From IMG/VR virus record IMGVR_UViG_3300032007_000009: a stretch of DNA of 64,000 nt. One strand, 5' to 3'. The notes under the pieces are model-generated. The model did no database searches. It was given only the letters and a program-made list of their open reading frames with translations, and had not been told where the DNA came from. The translations under genes were made by a program, and so were the position numbers. How positions within the stretch are numbered: position 1 is the stretch's first letter; each line of letters starts with the position of its first letter. This DNA is from a virus (Duplodnaviria; Caudoviricetes). This document shows positions 39,331-50,133 of this stretch, piece after piece.

Positions 39331-42300
39331 TTAAGCACCTGTAGCACCTGTAGCACCATTTTCAAGTGTAGTAATTCTACCTTCAAGATAATTAATGTAT
39401 GCAACCAATGATTCATATGTTAATGATGAATTATTAGTTAAATTAGATAATACACCAATTCTAGAATTCAAATCAGTTAAAGCAGTTGCAACAACTTCTT
39501 CATTATCAATAACGTCTTCCTTAAGTGCATATTGATTTAATACTGAATCATCAAATGTACCTGTATCACCCTTTGGACCAGTTGCACCTTGAGCACCAGT
39601 ATCACCCTTTGGACCAGTTGCACCTTGAGCACCAGTATCACCCTTTGGACCAGTTGCACCTTGAGCACCAGTATCACCCTTTGGACCAGTTGCACCATCA
39701 GCACCAGTATCACCTTTGATACCTGTTACTTCCCCATGTTCACTAATCCAATCAGCAATTTCTTTTAATGTATCTAATTCTTCAGGAGCAGCCCCAACTA
39801 AATCTTCTATCTTTTGATCAACATAACCAGTTGTAGCATAATTAGCTAATGCAGATGAATCAAATGTACCTGTATCACCCTTAGGACCTTGAGGACCAGT
39901 TGCACCAGTATCTCCCTTAGGACCAGTTATACCTTGTGCACCTGTATCACCTTTTGCTCCAGTATCACCCTTTGGACCAGTTGCACCAGTATCTCCCTTT
40001 GGACCAGTTGCACCATCAGCACCAGTATCACCCTTTGGACCTTGTGGACCAGTTGGACCTTGTGGACCAACTACACCTTCTCCACCTTCTACACTACCTA
40101 GTATTTCTTGTACTTTTTCATCTACATATCCTGTTGTAGCATAATTAGCTAATGCAGATGAATCAAATGTTCCTGTATCACCTTTTGGACCTTGTGGACC
40201 AGTTGCACCAGTATCACCCTTAGGACCAGTTATACCTTGTGCTCCAGTATCACCTTTAGCACCATCAGCACCTGTATCACCCTTTGGACCTTGTGGACCA
40301 GTTGCACCAGTATCACCCTTAGGACCTTGTGCTCCAGTATCACCCTTAGGACCAGTTATACCTTGTAAACCTGTATCTCCTTTAGGACCTTGTAAACCTG
40401 TATCACCCTTAGGACCTTGTGGACCAGTATCACCTTTAGCACCATCAGCACCTGTATCACCCTTAGGACCTTGTGGACCAGTATCACCTTTAGCACCATC
40501 AGCACCTGTATCACCCTTAGGACCTTGTGGACCAGTATCACCTTTAGCACCATCAGCACCTGTATCACCTTTGATACCTGTTACTTCACCATGTTCGGAT
40601 ACCCAGTCAGCAATTTCTTTTAATGTATCTAATTCTTCAGGAGCAGCCCCAACTAAAGCTTCTATCTTTTGATCAACATAACCAGTTGTAGCATAATTAG
40701 CTAATGCAGATGAATCAAATGTACCAGTATCACCCTTTGGACCTTGTTCACCAGTGTCTCCCTTAGGACCTTGTGCACCATCAACGCCTTGACGTCCGTC
40801 AGTACCTTTTAATGATTCAAGCCATTCTTCTTGTGATAATGCATCTTTAACAAATTCAATTCTGAAATCTTCGATGTTTGCAAGTAATTCATTACCTTCA
40901 ACAGAATCAGTAAATTGTGTTAAACCTAAATCTTCAGGAATACTAATTAAACCATAAGTACGATCCACAAATACACCAGTACCTTGAGCATTAGCATCAG
41001 TTTGTTCAACCTTATCAGATGGTTTCCAGGTAAGTTTTTCTTCTCCTTGATAATAAACTTTAATAGTTGTCTTACCATCGAAGTTATGATTAATTACCAA
41101 CCATGGGAACCAATGTGGTCCGTATGGAGGCCATGTTTCACCATCGTGAGAAGCTTCAGATAAGTTATTGTTATAATAATCTTCTAATTGATTATGACGA
41201 GCTTCATTAAAATTAGTATGATCAACTATTATAGCATTGTTATATATTGAAACTAATAAATCAAGATATAATTCATAAGCAGATTTACCATCAGCGCCTG
41301 CAGCACCAGTATCTCCTTTTTCACCTTGAAGACCTTGAGCACCAGTTTCACCTTTAAGAGAAGCAATCCATTCTTCTTCAGATAATGCTTTTACTTCTTC
41401 TTGAGCTTCTTGTATTAATTCAACAGTTACCCATATATCAATAGGATCATTTTCTAAAGTATATAATTGAATTGGATCATTTGTTGCTAAAGCAGTAGCA
41501 ATATTGAATTGTTGACCAACGAAATCAGTAGCATTAGGATCTGTTGAATTATTTGAAATTACTTCAATAGTTGCACCACCTGCACGCATTTCAATTACCT
41601 TAGCTTGACCTTCACCATATTTAACTTCTTTATTAGAATTGTTCCAAGATTCAAATGCATAAATAGTAGGTTGAGCTTCTTGTTCATTTACTGTATCTTT
41701 ATAAATATCATATGCAGATTTACCATCAGCACCTGCAGCACCAGTGTCACCCTTTGGACCTTGTGTTCCAGTTTCACCACTAATTTGAGGAAGATTATTG
41801 ATTCTTTCATCTAAATCAGCTAACGCAGTTGCAGTTACGCGTGAAGCTTCTTCAAAATCTTCAATACTAACTTTTTCAGAAATTGTTTGTAATAAACTAT
41901 CTAATGCATTATCATTTTCAGATAATTTAGATGCAATTTCTTCCAAAGTGTCGAGTGCTGCAGGAGCAGCACCAACAACACTCTGTATAGCATTTTGAAC
42001 ATCAGTAGCAGTTTGGAACTGACTTATAGATTCTGCTAATGTATCTAATGCAGTTTTTGTTGCATAACGTTCATCAGCATCAGCAGTTCTTAAAGCATAA
42101 TCTTTAATGAAACCTAATAAGTTTTTAACTGTTTCTAATGTTTCTAATTGATCTTCATCTAAACTAGCAGTACCATTACCAATATTATTTTTAATCCAAC
42201 TAATTAATTGACCAGTTGTATTAATAATAGTATTTTCATCAATTTCCATCCCATTCCAATCAATGCTTACTGCATCAACAATAGGATTACCTTTACCTGC

Positions 42301-42405
42301 AGCAATTTTACCTTCTGAGCTATTGGTGATTTTTCCACCAATCATTGTAGCTGCACCCAAATTAATATTTGTAAAATTAATACCGTTTTGATTTAATGAT
42401 ACCAT
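39331..42405 (-). CDS. collagen-like tail fibre/whisker protein
   Basis: GXY tracts (GPKGDT), VGAAPxxLDTLxEIA x3, GKSAY..EEW..SLKG x2. Confidence 0.85.
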   Translation of the reverse strand: MVSLNQNGINFTNINLGAATMIGGKITNSSEGKIAAGKGNPIVDAVSIDWNGMEIDENTIINTTGQLISWIKNNIGNGTASLDEDQLETLETVKNLLGFIKDYALRTADADERYATKTALDTLAESISQFQTATDVQNAIQSVVGAAPAALDTLEEIASKLSENDNALDSLLQTISEKVSIEDFEEASRVTATALADLDERINNLPQISGETGTQGPKGDTGAAGADGKSAYDIYKDTVNEQEAQPTIYAFESWNNSNKEVKYGEGQAKVIEMRAGGATIEVISNNSTDPNATDFVGQQFNIATALATNDPIQLYTLENDPIDIWVTVELIQEAQEEVKALSEEEWIASLKGETGAQGLQGEKGDTGAAGADGKSAYELYLDLLVSIYNNAIIVDHTNFNEARHNQLEDYYNNNLSEASHDGETWPPYGPHWFPWLVINHNFDGKTTIKVYYQGEEKLTWKPSDKVEQTDANAQGTGVFVDRTYGLISIPEDLGLTQFTDSVEGNELLANIEDFRIEFVKDALSQEEWLESLKGTDGRQGVDGAQGPKGDTGEQGPKGDTGTFDSSALANYATTGYVDQKIEALVGAAPEELDTLKEIADWVSEHGEVTGIKGDTGADGAKGDTGPQGPKGDTGADGAKGDTGPQGPKGDTGADGAKGDTGPQGPKGDTGLQGPKGDTGLQGITGPKGDTGAQGPKGDTGATGPQGPKGDTGADGAKGDTGAQGITGPKGDTGATGPQGPKGDTGTFDSSALANYATTGYVDEKVQEILGSVEGGEGVVGPQGPTGPQGPKGDTGADGATGPKGDTGATGPKGDTGAKGDTGAQGITGPKGDTGATGPQGPKGDTGTFDSSALANYATTGYVDQKIEDLVGAAPEELDTLKEIADWISEHGEVTGIKGDTGADGATGPKGDTGAQGATGPKGDTGAQGATGPKGDTGAQGATGPKGDTGTFDDSVLNQYALKEDVIDNEEVVATALTDLNSRIGVLSNLTNNSSLTYESLVAYINYLEGRITTLENGATGATGA
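39555..40790 (-). repeat. collagen-coding repeats with duplicated spacer modules
   Basis: 9n-periodic ccagtatcaccctt... units; [17 protein letters not shown] x3. Confidence 0.9.
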
Positions 42406-42432
42406 AATTTATATTATCTTATATTTAATTTT

Positions 42433-44259
42433 TTAATAAATAATCATACCAAATTCATCTCTTTGTTCAGTATAGATATTATATGTAACTTCATTAATTG
42501 TTACTGTTCCTATATTAGTAAAACTACTTGTTATGTCTGTTCCTAATCCATCTTTAACACGTAATGTACCTGGGAATGCAATATAATAATCTACAGAATT
42601 ATAATCAGGATTTAATACAATTGTATGAGTTTGTGCATCATAAGTATATCCATCTAATGTTGTACCAATTAATCTCCAACCAGTTGATGCTTCTGTAACT
42701 GGATTTGTAGTGGCATCATATTCAGTAGCTAAATCATTAGCAATAACTGTTTCTGCAGTTGGTTGTGTTAAACCGATGTACCAATACAAATCTTTTGGTT
42801 GTGGTTCTGGTTCATCACCACCTGGTTCATCACTACCCGATTCATCTTTATAATAAACTGTTGCAGAGAAATCAATGTCACTATCTTTATATATATTATA
42901 TGTAATATTTTCTATAGTAACTACATTGAATGGATTTCCAAATATTGGAGCTCCAGAAGCATCTTCACAAGTAAATACTTGAGGTAATATTACAAAATAA
43001 TCAACTGAACTAAAATCAGTAGTTATTGTAATTGTTTCAGGTATTAATGAATTAGTTTTTGTATATGAATTTAATGGATTTTCAATTTTTCTCCAACCAA
43101 ATCCTGAAGTAACAAAATTCATATTATTGAAATCTGTTGGTAATTCTGTACCAATATACCAATAACCATAAACTGTTGTTGGAACTATTACTTCTTCAGA
43201 ACTTGTCATAATGATATTTAATCTTGAAGTATCGTCATTAATAATTTCAACTACATCATTTGAAACTCTCCATAATGCATATGTTTCTGAATTAACATAA
43301 ACATCCTTAACAAATACAAATCTTGTATCAACAGTTTGCTTATCTGCCATAACAGGAGTTAATAAGTTCTTAGGAGTTACTACATACCAAGTCTTTTGTG
43401 TAGAACGACTATCAATACCTTTAATTAAATAATTAACACCATCAATTTCTGTATACTTAACAATATGCCATGAATTTGGTTCACTATCAGTTAACATATC
43501 ATCAGTAAGTGTAATATTAATTGATGAACCATCAAATGGATAATTTTGTCCTGCATACCAATATTTTGCTGTATTATCCACTGGATTAACTGGTGGAACA
43601 TTTCCATTAGTAATTGAATTAATTTCTTCAGTTACTTCTTCAGTTGTATTATTGATTGCTTCAGAAGCATTTTCAATTTCAGTAATAGTATTTTCAAGTT
43701 CGTTAATTCTTTCATTTAATGAACCTTCTTTATCAACATCAGTACCTGTGTTACCACTATTAGGAATAAATGTATCAAATATTTCTTTAGCGGCATCATA
43801 TTCATCTTTACGATTCAAAACTTCCTTTCTATTATCTTCTAATAATATATTGGCATCAGCTAAAATTGCATTTAATTTTTCTAATTGATTTTCTGCATTC
43901 GCCTTATTGTTATTAGCAGATATTACATTACCACCGTTTTGATAAATACCATCGGTATCGTTCAATCTAAGTTTTTCGTCAATTTCTTTAAGTTTATTGT
44001 ATATTACTTTATCATTTGTAAATTCTACAAGTTTATTATTAAGAAGTTGACGTAAAGCAAGTGCTCCATTTAATGCAGCATCAGCATTATTTATTGCATC
44101 TTCAATTTTTGATATAATTGAATTTGCTGAAACAATTATTGCTTCAACATCAGCAACATTTTGTTGAGCTTCATTATAATTTTTCTGAGCATTTGTCTTA
44201 TCAACATATGCACTACCAACGGCACCTACATATATTTGAACTTTCTTTATTTTACTCAT
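42433..44259 (-). CDS. fibre-like structural protein: N-terminal coiled coil plus three repeated beta domains
   Basis: long heptad region; three domains each starting YWY(A/I)G. Confidence 0.65.
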   Translation of the reverse strand: MSKIKKVQIYVGAVGSAYVDKTNAQKNYNEAQQNVADVEAIIVSANSIISKIEDAINNADAALNGALALRQLLNNKLVEFTNDKVIYNKLKEIDEKLRLNDTDGIYQNGGNVISANNNKANAENQLEKLNAILADANILLEDNRKEVLNRKDEYDAAKEIFDTFIPNSGNTGTDVDKEGSLNERINELENTITEIENASEAINNTTEEVTEEINSITNGNVPPVNPVDNTAKYWYAGQNYPFDGSSINITLTDDMLTDSEPNSWHIVKYTEIDGVNYLIKGIDSRSTQKTWYVVTPKNLLTPVMADKQTVDTRFVFVKDVYVNSETYALWRVSNDVVEIINDDTSRLNIIMTSSEEVIVPTTVYGYWYIGTELPTDFNNMNFVTSGFGWRKIENPLNSYTKTNSLIPETITITTDFSSVDYFVILPQVFTCEDASGAPIFGNPFNVVTIENITYNIYKDSDIDFSATVYYKDESGSDEPGGDEPEPQPKDLYWYIGLTQPTAETVIANDLATEYDATTNPVTEASTGWRLIGTTLDGYTYDAQTHTIVLNPDYNSVDYYIAFPGTLRVKDGLGTDITSSFTNIGTVTINEVTYNIYTEQRDEFGMIIY

Positions 44260-44388
44260 ATTTTTTATAATATTTTTATAAGATTATTTCTTTAAATAAA
44301 ATGCTTATAGCACTTTATTAAATATATTTATATATAAAAATAAAAAAGAATGAATTAAAAAAATAAAAATATTATAAAAATCAAACAT

Positions 44389-44422
44389 AAAAAAATGAGT
44401 AACAATTAAGTTACTCATTTTT
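44389..44422 (-). terminator. terminator after lysis pair
   Basis: aaaaatgagtaac-aattaa-gttactcattttt. Confidence 0.8.
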
Positions 44423-44425
44423 ATA

Positions 44426-45112
44426 TTACCATGATATTAATGAATATGTTACAGACCCACCAACTGTTAATCCATGTTTTTTACCTATAAAATCATATCC
44501 ATAAGTAATTGATGGACCAAAATGCCAATGTTTTTGTTTTTTTGTTGATAATCTAAATCCAGATAACTCTTTATATTTTACATAAGGATTTGTTGACTTA
44601 ACATAAATTTCATTATTTTTATCAATACCAACAGTATAATCAAAATTCATTATATCCTTAGTAATCTTAACTCCTAAACTATCATTATTATATTTTACAT
44701 TTCCTTCTAATATTCTAAAATCATTATTGAAATTAAAATCTTTTGAAAATCCTTTAGTTATAGTATCATGTTGTATAATGTATGCAGTATCTTTTAATTC
44801 ATTTTCAATTGTACCATTAACATATACTATTGAAGAAACTTTACCTTTTATTTTTAATTCTTCAATTTCATTATAAAGATTTTCATTTAATAATTTAAGA
44901 GTTTTTACATCAGATTCAAATGCTCGTTTTGTAGCAACTAAATTTCCATTTGAGGTTTTATAATACTTAATTGTATCATTTAATGCCTCGATGTTATTTT
45001 TATATTCTCCACTTACATTTGAACAACTGTTAATTGCAGTAAATAAACTAACACATAATACTAAGATTATTAGTATATATATAATATGTGTTTTTATGTT
45101 ACCAAAGTTCAT
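44426..45112 (-). CDS. putative spanin-like lysis protein
   Basis: N-terminal hydrophobic helix/possible lipobox, coiled coil, C-terminal amphipathic beta strands ending in W; downstream of murein hydrolase. Confidence 0.5.
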   Translation of the reverse strand: MNFGNIKTHIIYILIILVLCVSLFTAINSCSNVSGEYKNNIEALNDTIKYYKTSNGNLVATKRAFESDVKTLKLLNENLYNEIEELKIKGKVSSIVYVNGTIENELKDTAYIIQHDTITKGFSKDFNFNNDFRILEGNVKYNNDSLGVKITKDIMNFDYTVGIDKNNEIYVKSTNPYVKYKELSGFRLSTKKQKHWHFGPSITYGYDFIGKKHGLTVGGSVTYSLISW

Positions 45113-45130
45113 TCATATCATTATATATTT

Positions 45131-45778
45131 TTATAAGTTATTATATTCTTTTTGTAAAGAATTAATTTTTGTAGACCTTTTAATATTCAAATATGCTATT
45201 GTTAGTTCTTTTTCATATCTAGGATTTGATGCATATCTACCACCACCCTTAGTTACATATTTAGTTAATAAATGTTGTTCTGTTTTACCTTTAACTAAAT
45301 AATATTTTTTTAGAACTTGACAATAATGATTAATTGCTTTATCATAAGAATCATATTTATGTTTCATAACACCAAACATTGATCTTTTAGATGATTCTCT
45401 ACCAATACCCATAGTACCGAAATTAGTTTCAATTTGTGTCTGGGCCATCATAAAGCATATATCAATATTATGATCTAAACCAAATTGTACTAAATATTTT
45501 GGAATGAATTTGTTTGATTTAGGAGCCTTCCTATTTATGTATTTACTAACTGCACTGATTAATTCAGCTTTAATACTATCTTTATAATATACAGAATCAT
45601 ATTGTATTATATTTGGTATTGTTTTTTGTACTACACATGTTTTCTGAATATTATTTTCATTCTGATTAGTTATATTTGAACTACCATATACATATGATAA
45701 ACAAAAAATAACTAAAAATATTAATACAAAAAAAGATCTCTTGATTCTCTTGAATCTCGTGTTGTTTGTTTGTTCCAT
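45131..45778 (-). CDS. membrane-anchored murein hydrolase (glucosaminidase/GH73-like), putative endolysin
   Basis: N-terminal TM; MAQTQIETNFG, SMFGV, YASNPRY. Confidence 0.7.
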   Translation of the reverse strand: MEQTNNTRFKRIKRSFFVLIFLVIFCLSYVYGSSNITNQNENNIQKTCVVQKTIPNIIQYDSVYYKDSIKAELISAVSKYINRKAPKSNKFIPKYLVQFGLDHNIDICFMMAQTQIETNFGTMGIGRESSKRSMFGVMKHKYDSYDKAINHYCQVLKKYYLVKGKTEQHLLTKYVTKGGGRYASNPRYEKELTIAYLNIKRSTKINSLQKEYNNL

Positions 45779-46013
45779 AATTATTGTTTTACATTTTAAG
45801 CTTATATTTACCGCCTTATTATAAAACTCCTGTCACAAGTATATATAACTCGACTTAGCCAAAACTTTACACAACTTTCTGTGCAAATGTCACTTCATTT
45901 GACTCTTGAAAATCTAGTTGCTAAACTATATTTTATAATATAGTACTTTTATAAAAATAATAAATTTATATTATTTTAAATTTTATTTTTATAAAAAGGT
46001 ATATATTATAGAG

Positions 46014-46478
46014 GTGAGCAAGATATACGAAAATAAAATAAAAAATAATAAACCAAAAAGGAATAGTCGTTACCATCAAGGATATGTTCCACAAAAATTC
46101 TGTAGTAAATTATTTCAATCTGTAAAAGGTGAACCAATCATATATCGTTCAGGTTTAGAACTACAATTTATACAGTTTTGTGAGAATAATCCAAAGATAC
46201 GAAAATGGGCAAGTGAACCTATTAGTATTAAATATAAATGTAGATTAGATGGCAATGAACATGATTATTACCCAGATTATGTTTTGGAAACAATAGATGG
46301 AAGTAAAATAATAGTTGAAGTAAAACCTTATGGTCAAACAATAAAACCCGATGCAGTTGATTCATTATGGCTTAAAGAAGCATGGATACGAAATTGCGAT
46401 AAATGGAAAGCTGCAAATGAATTTGCTGAAAAAAATAATGCAAAATTTATAATAGTTACAGAAAAATTTTTTGAATAA
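46014..46478 (+). CDS. head completion nuclease (T4 gp4-like, TnsA N-terminal fold)
   Basis: IYRSGLE..FCENNP..KWASEP..YYPDY..IVEVKP..KWKAA..FIIVTE. Confidence 0.85.
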   Translation: MSKIYENKIKNNKPKRNSRYHQGYVPQKFCSKLFQSVKGEPIIYRSGLELQFIQFCENNPKIRKWASEPISIKYKCRLDGNEHDYYPDYVLETIDGSKIIVEVKPYGQTIKPDAVDSLWLKEAWIRNCDKWKAANEFAEKNNAKFIIVTEKFFE

Positions 46479-46596
46479 CATTAATATAAATAAATTTAAT
46501 GTTTGATGAATACCCTTTATAAGAAAATTACCAAAATGCTATTTATAAAAAATTTTAATCGATAAAAAATATCTAAATAAATTATATCAAAATATA

Positions 46597-46923
46597 ATGA
46601 AAACTATAGATAAATATATTATAGAAAAATCTGAAGTAAATGAATTTTTTAAAAAACAAGATGAGTTTACAAAAAAGATGATTAATATGTGGAAAAAGGA
46701 TGAACGTCTTAAACCATTTGATCTATATTTTAAATGGAAGAATCATGATATATCTACTGGGGAGTGGAGAAAAATAAGCAAAGAAAATATTCGTAAAATG
46801 AGATTTACAGCATCAGATATGCTTAATGATGAATATGATAAAGAAAACCCAGATGAAGAATTAATACAGATATTAGATGCAATAGAAATGGAACTTATAA
46901 ATATAGAAGGTCTTTTTAAATAA
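46597..46923 (+). CDS. putative tagged internal head protein
   Basis: MKTIDKYIIE N-term. Confidence 0.6.
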   Translation: MKTIDKYIIEKSEVNEFFKKQDEFTKKMINMWKKDERLKPFDLYFKWKNHDISTGEWRKISKENIRKMRFTASDMLNDEYDKENPDEELIQILDAIEMELINIEGLFK

Positions 46924-47375
46924 TGATTTATATAACACCAGATAATAAAAAAAGAAAAAATAATAAATATAAATCAATATTTTTTGCAGGAACTATAGAT
47001 AATGGAAATTCTATAAATTGGCAGGAAGAACTTTCTAAATTATTGGAACAACTTAATGTCAATATATATAGTCCAAGATGTTTAAATTGGAATCCTAATT
47101 GTACAAAGAATGAATTAATTAATCAGATTAAATGGGAGCAAAAACATTTAGATAATTCCGATATGATTATTATGGTTTTATTAGATAATTCAAAATCTCC
47201 TGTTAGTTTACTTGAATTAGGGTTATATGCAAAAAGTAAAAAGATAATAGTTTTTTGTACAGATAAATTTTATAGATATGATAATGTACAATTAACATGT
47301 GAAAAATATAATATACCATTAATTAATAGTACAGATATTGATATAATAGTAGAAAACATAATTAAATATATATAA
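46923..47375 (+). CDS. nucleoside 2-deoxyribosyltransferase-like protein
   Basis: IFFAGTID...WQ...SPR...QIKWE..HLD...SPVSLLELGL. Confidence 0.85.
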   Translation: MIYITPDNKKRKNNKYKSIFFAGTIDNGNSINWQEELSKLLEQLNVNIYSPRCLNWNPNCTKNELINQIKWEQKHLDNSDMIIMVLLDNSKSPVSLLELGLYAKSKKIIVFCTDKFYRYDNVQLTCEKYNIPLINSTDIDIIVENIIKYI

Positions 47376-47899
47376 TGAAACGATTATCATATATTATAGA
47401 AAAGGGTATAGAAAAGGGTGGAGCTAAAATTACTAACTCTGTTGATAATACTGATGAATATGATACAGTAAAACAAATTACTCAAGATACAGAAACACAT
47501 TATGTATCTGATTATGGGGATTCATCAAGATTATTAGATACTATGCGAGAACTTGGTCTTTTAGAGAAAGATCATGGTGATGGCGGTGTTTTATATCCTA
47601 ATGGATTGCAAGGTATATTAACTTATTGGTTAAGTTTTTCAAATATGCCTACATTATGTCGATTCTTAGTAGCATTTGATAAATATGCTGAGAAATTCTC
47701 TTACGATAAAGTTCATGATGGACAATGGCATATGTGTTTCGATATTCATGATGATCCTTTAACTGGTGTTGATAATAAGACAGTTACATATTTATTACAA
47801 TATAAATCAAAAACAAAGGATCTTGATGAAATTGATAAAGCTATTGATGATTTATGTGAAGAACTAAAAAATAAATGGGGTGATTATCCAGGAAAATAA
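47375..47899 (+). CDS. putative tagged internal head protein
   Basis: MKRLSYIIE N-term. Confidence 0.55.
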   Translation: MKRLSYIIEKGIEKGGAKITNSVDNTDEYDTVKQITQDTETHYVSDYGDSSRLLDTMRELGLLEKDHGDGGVLYPNGLQGILTYWLSFSNMPTLCRFLVAFDKYAEKFSYDKVHDGQWHMCFDIHDDPLTGVDNKTVTYLLQYKSKTKDLDEIDKAIDDLCEELKNKWGDYPGK

Positions 47900-47948
47900 A
47901 TTAATGAAATAGAAACATAAAGATTTAAAATAAAATATATAGAGGTAA

Positions 47949-48014
47949 TATATCAAATATACTGCTTATATTTGTAAAGTCTGTGAAAAATGGCATTTAG
48001 GAATTAAAAAATAA
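47949..48014 (+). pseudogene. start-less remnant of a small Zn-ribbon gene
   Basis: reads YIKYTAYICKVCEKWHLGIKK* with an in-frame TAA just upstream. Confidence 0.4.
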
Positions 48015-48041
48015 ATTAAATAAATAAATACATAAACAATT

Positions 48042-48809
48042 ATGAAATATATAAAAAAATATGAAAATGGTACAGCATATAATGCTGATAGTTTAATATT
48101 ACCTAATATATCTTTAATATCATCAGATAATAGTTTACATATGAATCCTGATACTAATACATCTTCTCAATATGATTATGTTGAAATAGGAGGAATTAAA
48201 TGGGCTACAAAAAATTTAGGTGCAACAAGAATAGGAGATTATGGATTATTTTTCCAATGGGGTGATACACAAGGTTATACTTATCAACAATTACTTAATA
48301 ATGAACATAATTTATCGATAGAAAATCATACATTATATAATTCTGAATCTAATAATTCAGAAGATGCAATTATAAAATATAATGAGACAGATCAAAAAGA
48401 AGAATTAGAATTAATTGATGATCCTGTTCATGCAGCATTAGGTGGTAATTGGAGAACACCAACTGAAACTGAATATATTACTTTATTTGAACATACAAAA
48501 CAAATATGGGTATATAATTATAATAATACAATTGGTGGTCTTTTACTTATTGATAGTAGTGATGGTGGTAAACAATTATATTTTCCTGCATGTGGGTATT
48601 TTGAACCAATTAATGCATCTCAAAATAATTGGGAGAGTAGTAACGAATATGCTAAATATTTGACTAGTACCGTATCTGGATTTTGTAATGGTATTGAAGT
48701 TGATATTATGGAATTCTTTGAAGATAAAGATGACTATCCTATTAATTATACTAATTTTACTTATGCATTACCAGTTCGAGGTATAATAGATGATAATTTA
48801 AATAATTAA
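48042..48809 (+). CDS. FISUMP/DUF1566-like domain protein
   Basis: YVEIGGIKWATKNLGA, FQWG, GGNWRTPT, LYFPACG, PVRGI. Confidence 0.75.
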   Translation: MKYIKKYENGTAYNADSLILPNISLISSDNSLHMNPDTNTSSQYDYVEIGGIKWATKNLGATRIGDYGLFFQWGDTQGYTYQQLLNNEHNLSIENHTLYNSESNNSEDAIIKYNETDQKEELELIDDPVHAALGGNWRTPTETEYITLFEHTKQIWVYNYNNTIGGLLLIDSSDGGKQLYFPACGYFEPINASQNNWESSNEYAKYLTSTVSGFCNGIEVDIMEFFEDKDDYPINYTNFTYALPVRGIIDDNLNN

Positions 48810-48811
48810 AT

Positions 48812-49615
48812 ATGACATCTTGTATAGTTACATTTATAAAAAATGAACATGAATATCTTGACGAATGGATTCAATATCATTTGAATTTAGGTATAAATCA
48901 TATATTTATATTTGAAGATATTGATAGTTTAAGTCATAAAAAAATTATTGACAAATATTCTTCAGATAATGTTACATTAAATAATGTATCAATATTAAAT
49001 ATTAATAAATCTAATTATGGGCATAGTTGGGATAAACTTAGACAAGATATATATTTTAGATTTGGATTGTTCTGGGTTAAAACCAATTATACCTATAATT
49101 GGTGTTTTCCTATTGATAATGATGAATATATAACTTTATCTAATAATGATTATACATTAGTATCTATTTTAAATAAATATTCTGATTATGATGCTGTAGT
49201 ATTATATTGGCAAAACTATAATGCTAATGGACATATAACAAAACCTGATTATACAAATAATGGACTTATTGAGACTTATACTCAAAAATGTGAACGACCA
49301 CATAAAGATCCTAATTGGAAGAATACTAAAATAATGTATAATATGAAAACATATAAAAAATATTATTATATAGCTTCACATTCATTTTATAAATTAATTA
49401 ATTGGTGTAAATCAGATTTTTCAAAAGAATTAGGCAATATTACATATGATAATATTTATTTAAGACATTATATTACTAAATCATGGGAAGAATATGTTTG
49501 GAAATTAAAAGTTAGAGGGATGTTTCATGTAAACCATAGAAATTATGATGATTTTTTTATAATAAATAAAGATTTAATTTCAAGAAAAGATGAATTAATC
49601 AAAATGATAAATTAA
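48812..49615 (+). CDS. GT-A glycosyltransferase (GT2/GT92-like)
   Basis: KNEHEYLDEWIQYHLNLGINHIFIFED; IDNDEY (DxD); LRHYITKSWEE. Confidence 0.85.
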   Translation: MTSCIVTFIKNEHEYLDEWIQYHLNLGINHIFIFEDIDSLSHKKIIDKYSSDNVTLNNVSILNINKSNYGHSWDKLRQDIYFRFGLFWVKTNYTYNWCFPIDNDEYITLSNNDYTLVSILNKYSDYDAVVLYWQNYNANGHITKPDYTNNGLIETYTQKCERPHKDPNWKNTKIMYNMKTYKKYYYIASHSFYKLINWCKSDFSKELGNITYDNIYLRHYITKSWEEYVWKLKVRGMFHVNHRNYDDFFIINKDLISRKDELIKMIN

Positions 49616-49636
49616 TAAATAATAGTATATTATATT

Positions 49637-50131
49637 ATGAAATCAATTAATAATTTTTTAACAGAAGAAAAATTAGAAAATATTTATACCAATTTGGCAA
49701 AAGGTACAATTTTATATATTGTACTAGATAAAGATAAATGGACAGATAATAGTAATAAACATAAATGTTATCAAATAACAGTTAAAGATGTTACAAATAG
49801 AGGTAAAGAAACTTTATTTAGTGGAAATAAAGTAAATACTACTTCTGTTACACTTGAATCAAATCCATTTAAGATATCTAACTTTTTAATATTTGATAAA
49901 CAAAATGAAACAAAAAAGGAATTTTTTGTAAAACGTATACATGCAGAAGGATCAATTTGGTATTTTGCAGGAATATCTAAAGAAGCAGTTATCAGTGCTT
50001 TAGATTCTAAATATCGTAAACAATTAGAAGAAGTAGATGATAAGATATTAAAACTTCAAAAGGATATTGAAGAGTTAAATACAGAAAAACAACAAATTGA
50101 AGATAAATTAAAAATTGAACTCGAAGATTAA
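49637..50131 (+). CDS. putative tagged internal head protein with C-terminal coiled coil
   Basis: MKSINNFLTE N-term. Confidence 0.55.
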   Translation: MKSINNFLTEEKLENIYTNLAKGTILYIVLDKDKWTDNSNKHKCYQITVKDVTNRGKETLFSGNKVNTTSVTLESNPFKISNFLIFDKQNETKKEFFVKRIHAEGSIWYFAGISKEAVISALDSKYRKQLEEVDDKILKLQKDIEELNTEKQQIEDKLKIELED

Positions 50132-50133
50132 TA

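Noticed and set aside
39525-40623. Short repetitive antisense/alternate-frame ORFs (HPLDQLH..., VLKVIL...)
   Set aside because: Shadows of the collagen-coding repeats.
46014-46478. Tn7-like transposase TnsA / mobile element
   Set aside because: No TnsB/TnsC or transposon ends; sequence and proximity to the gp2-like gene fit T4 gp4 head completion nuclease.
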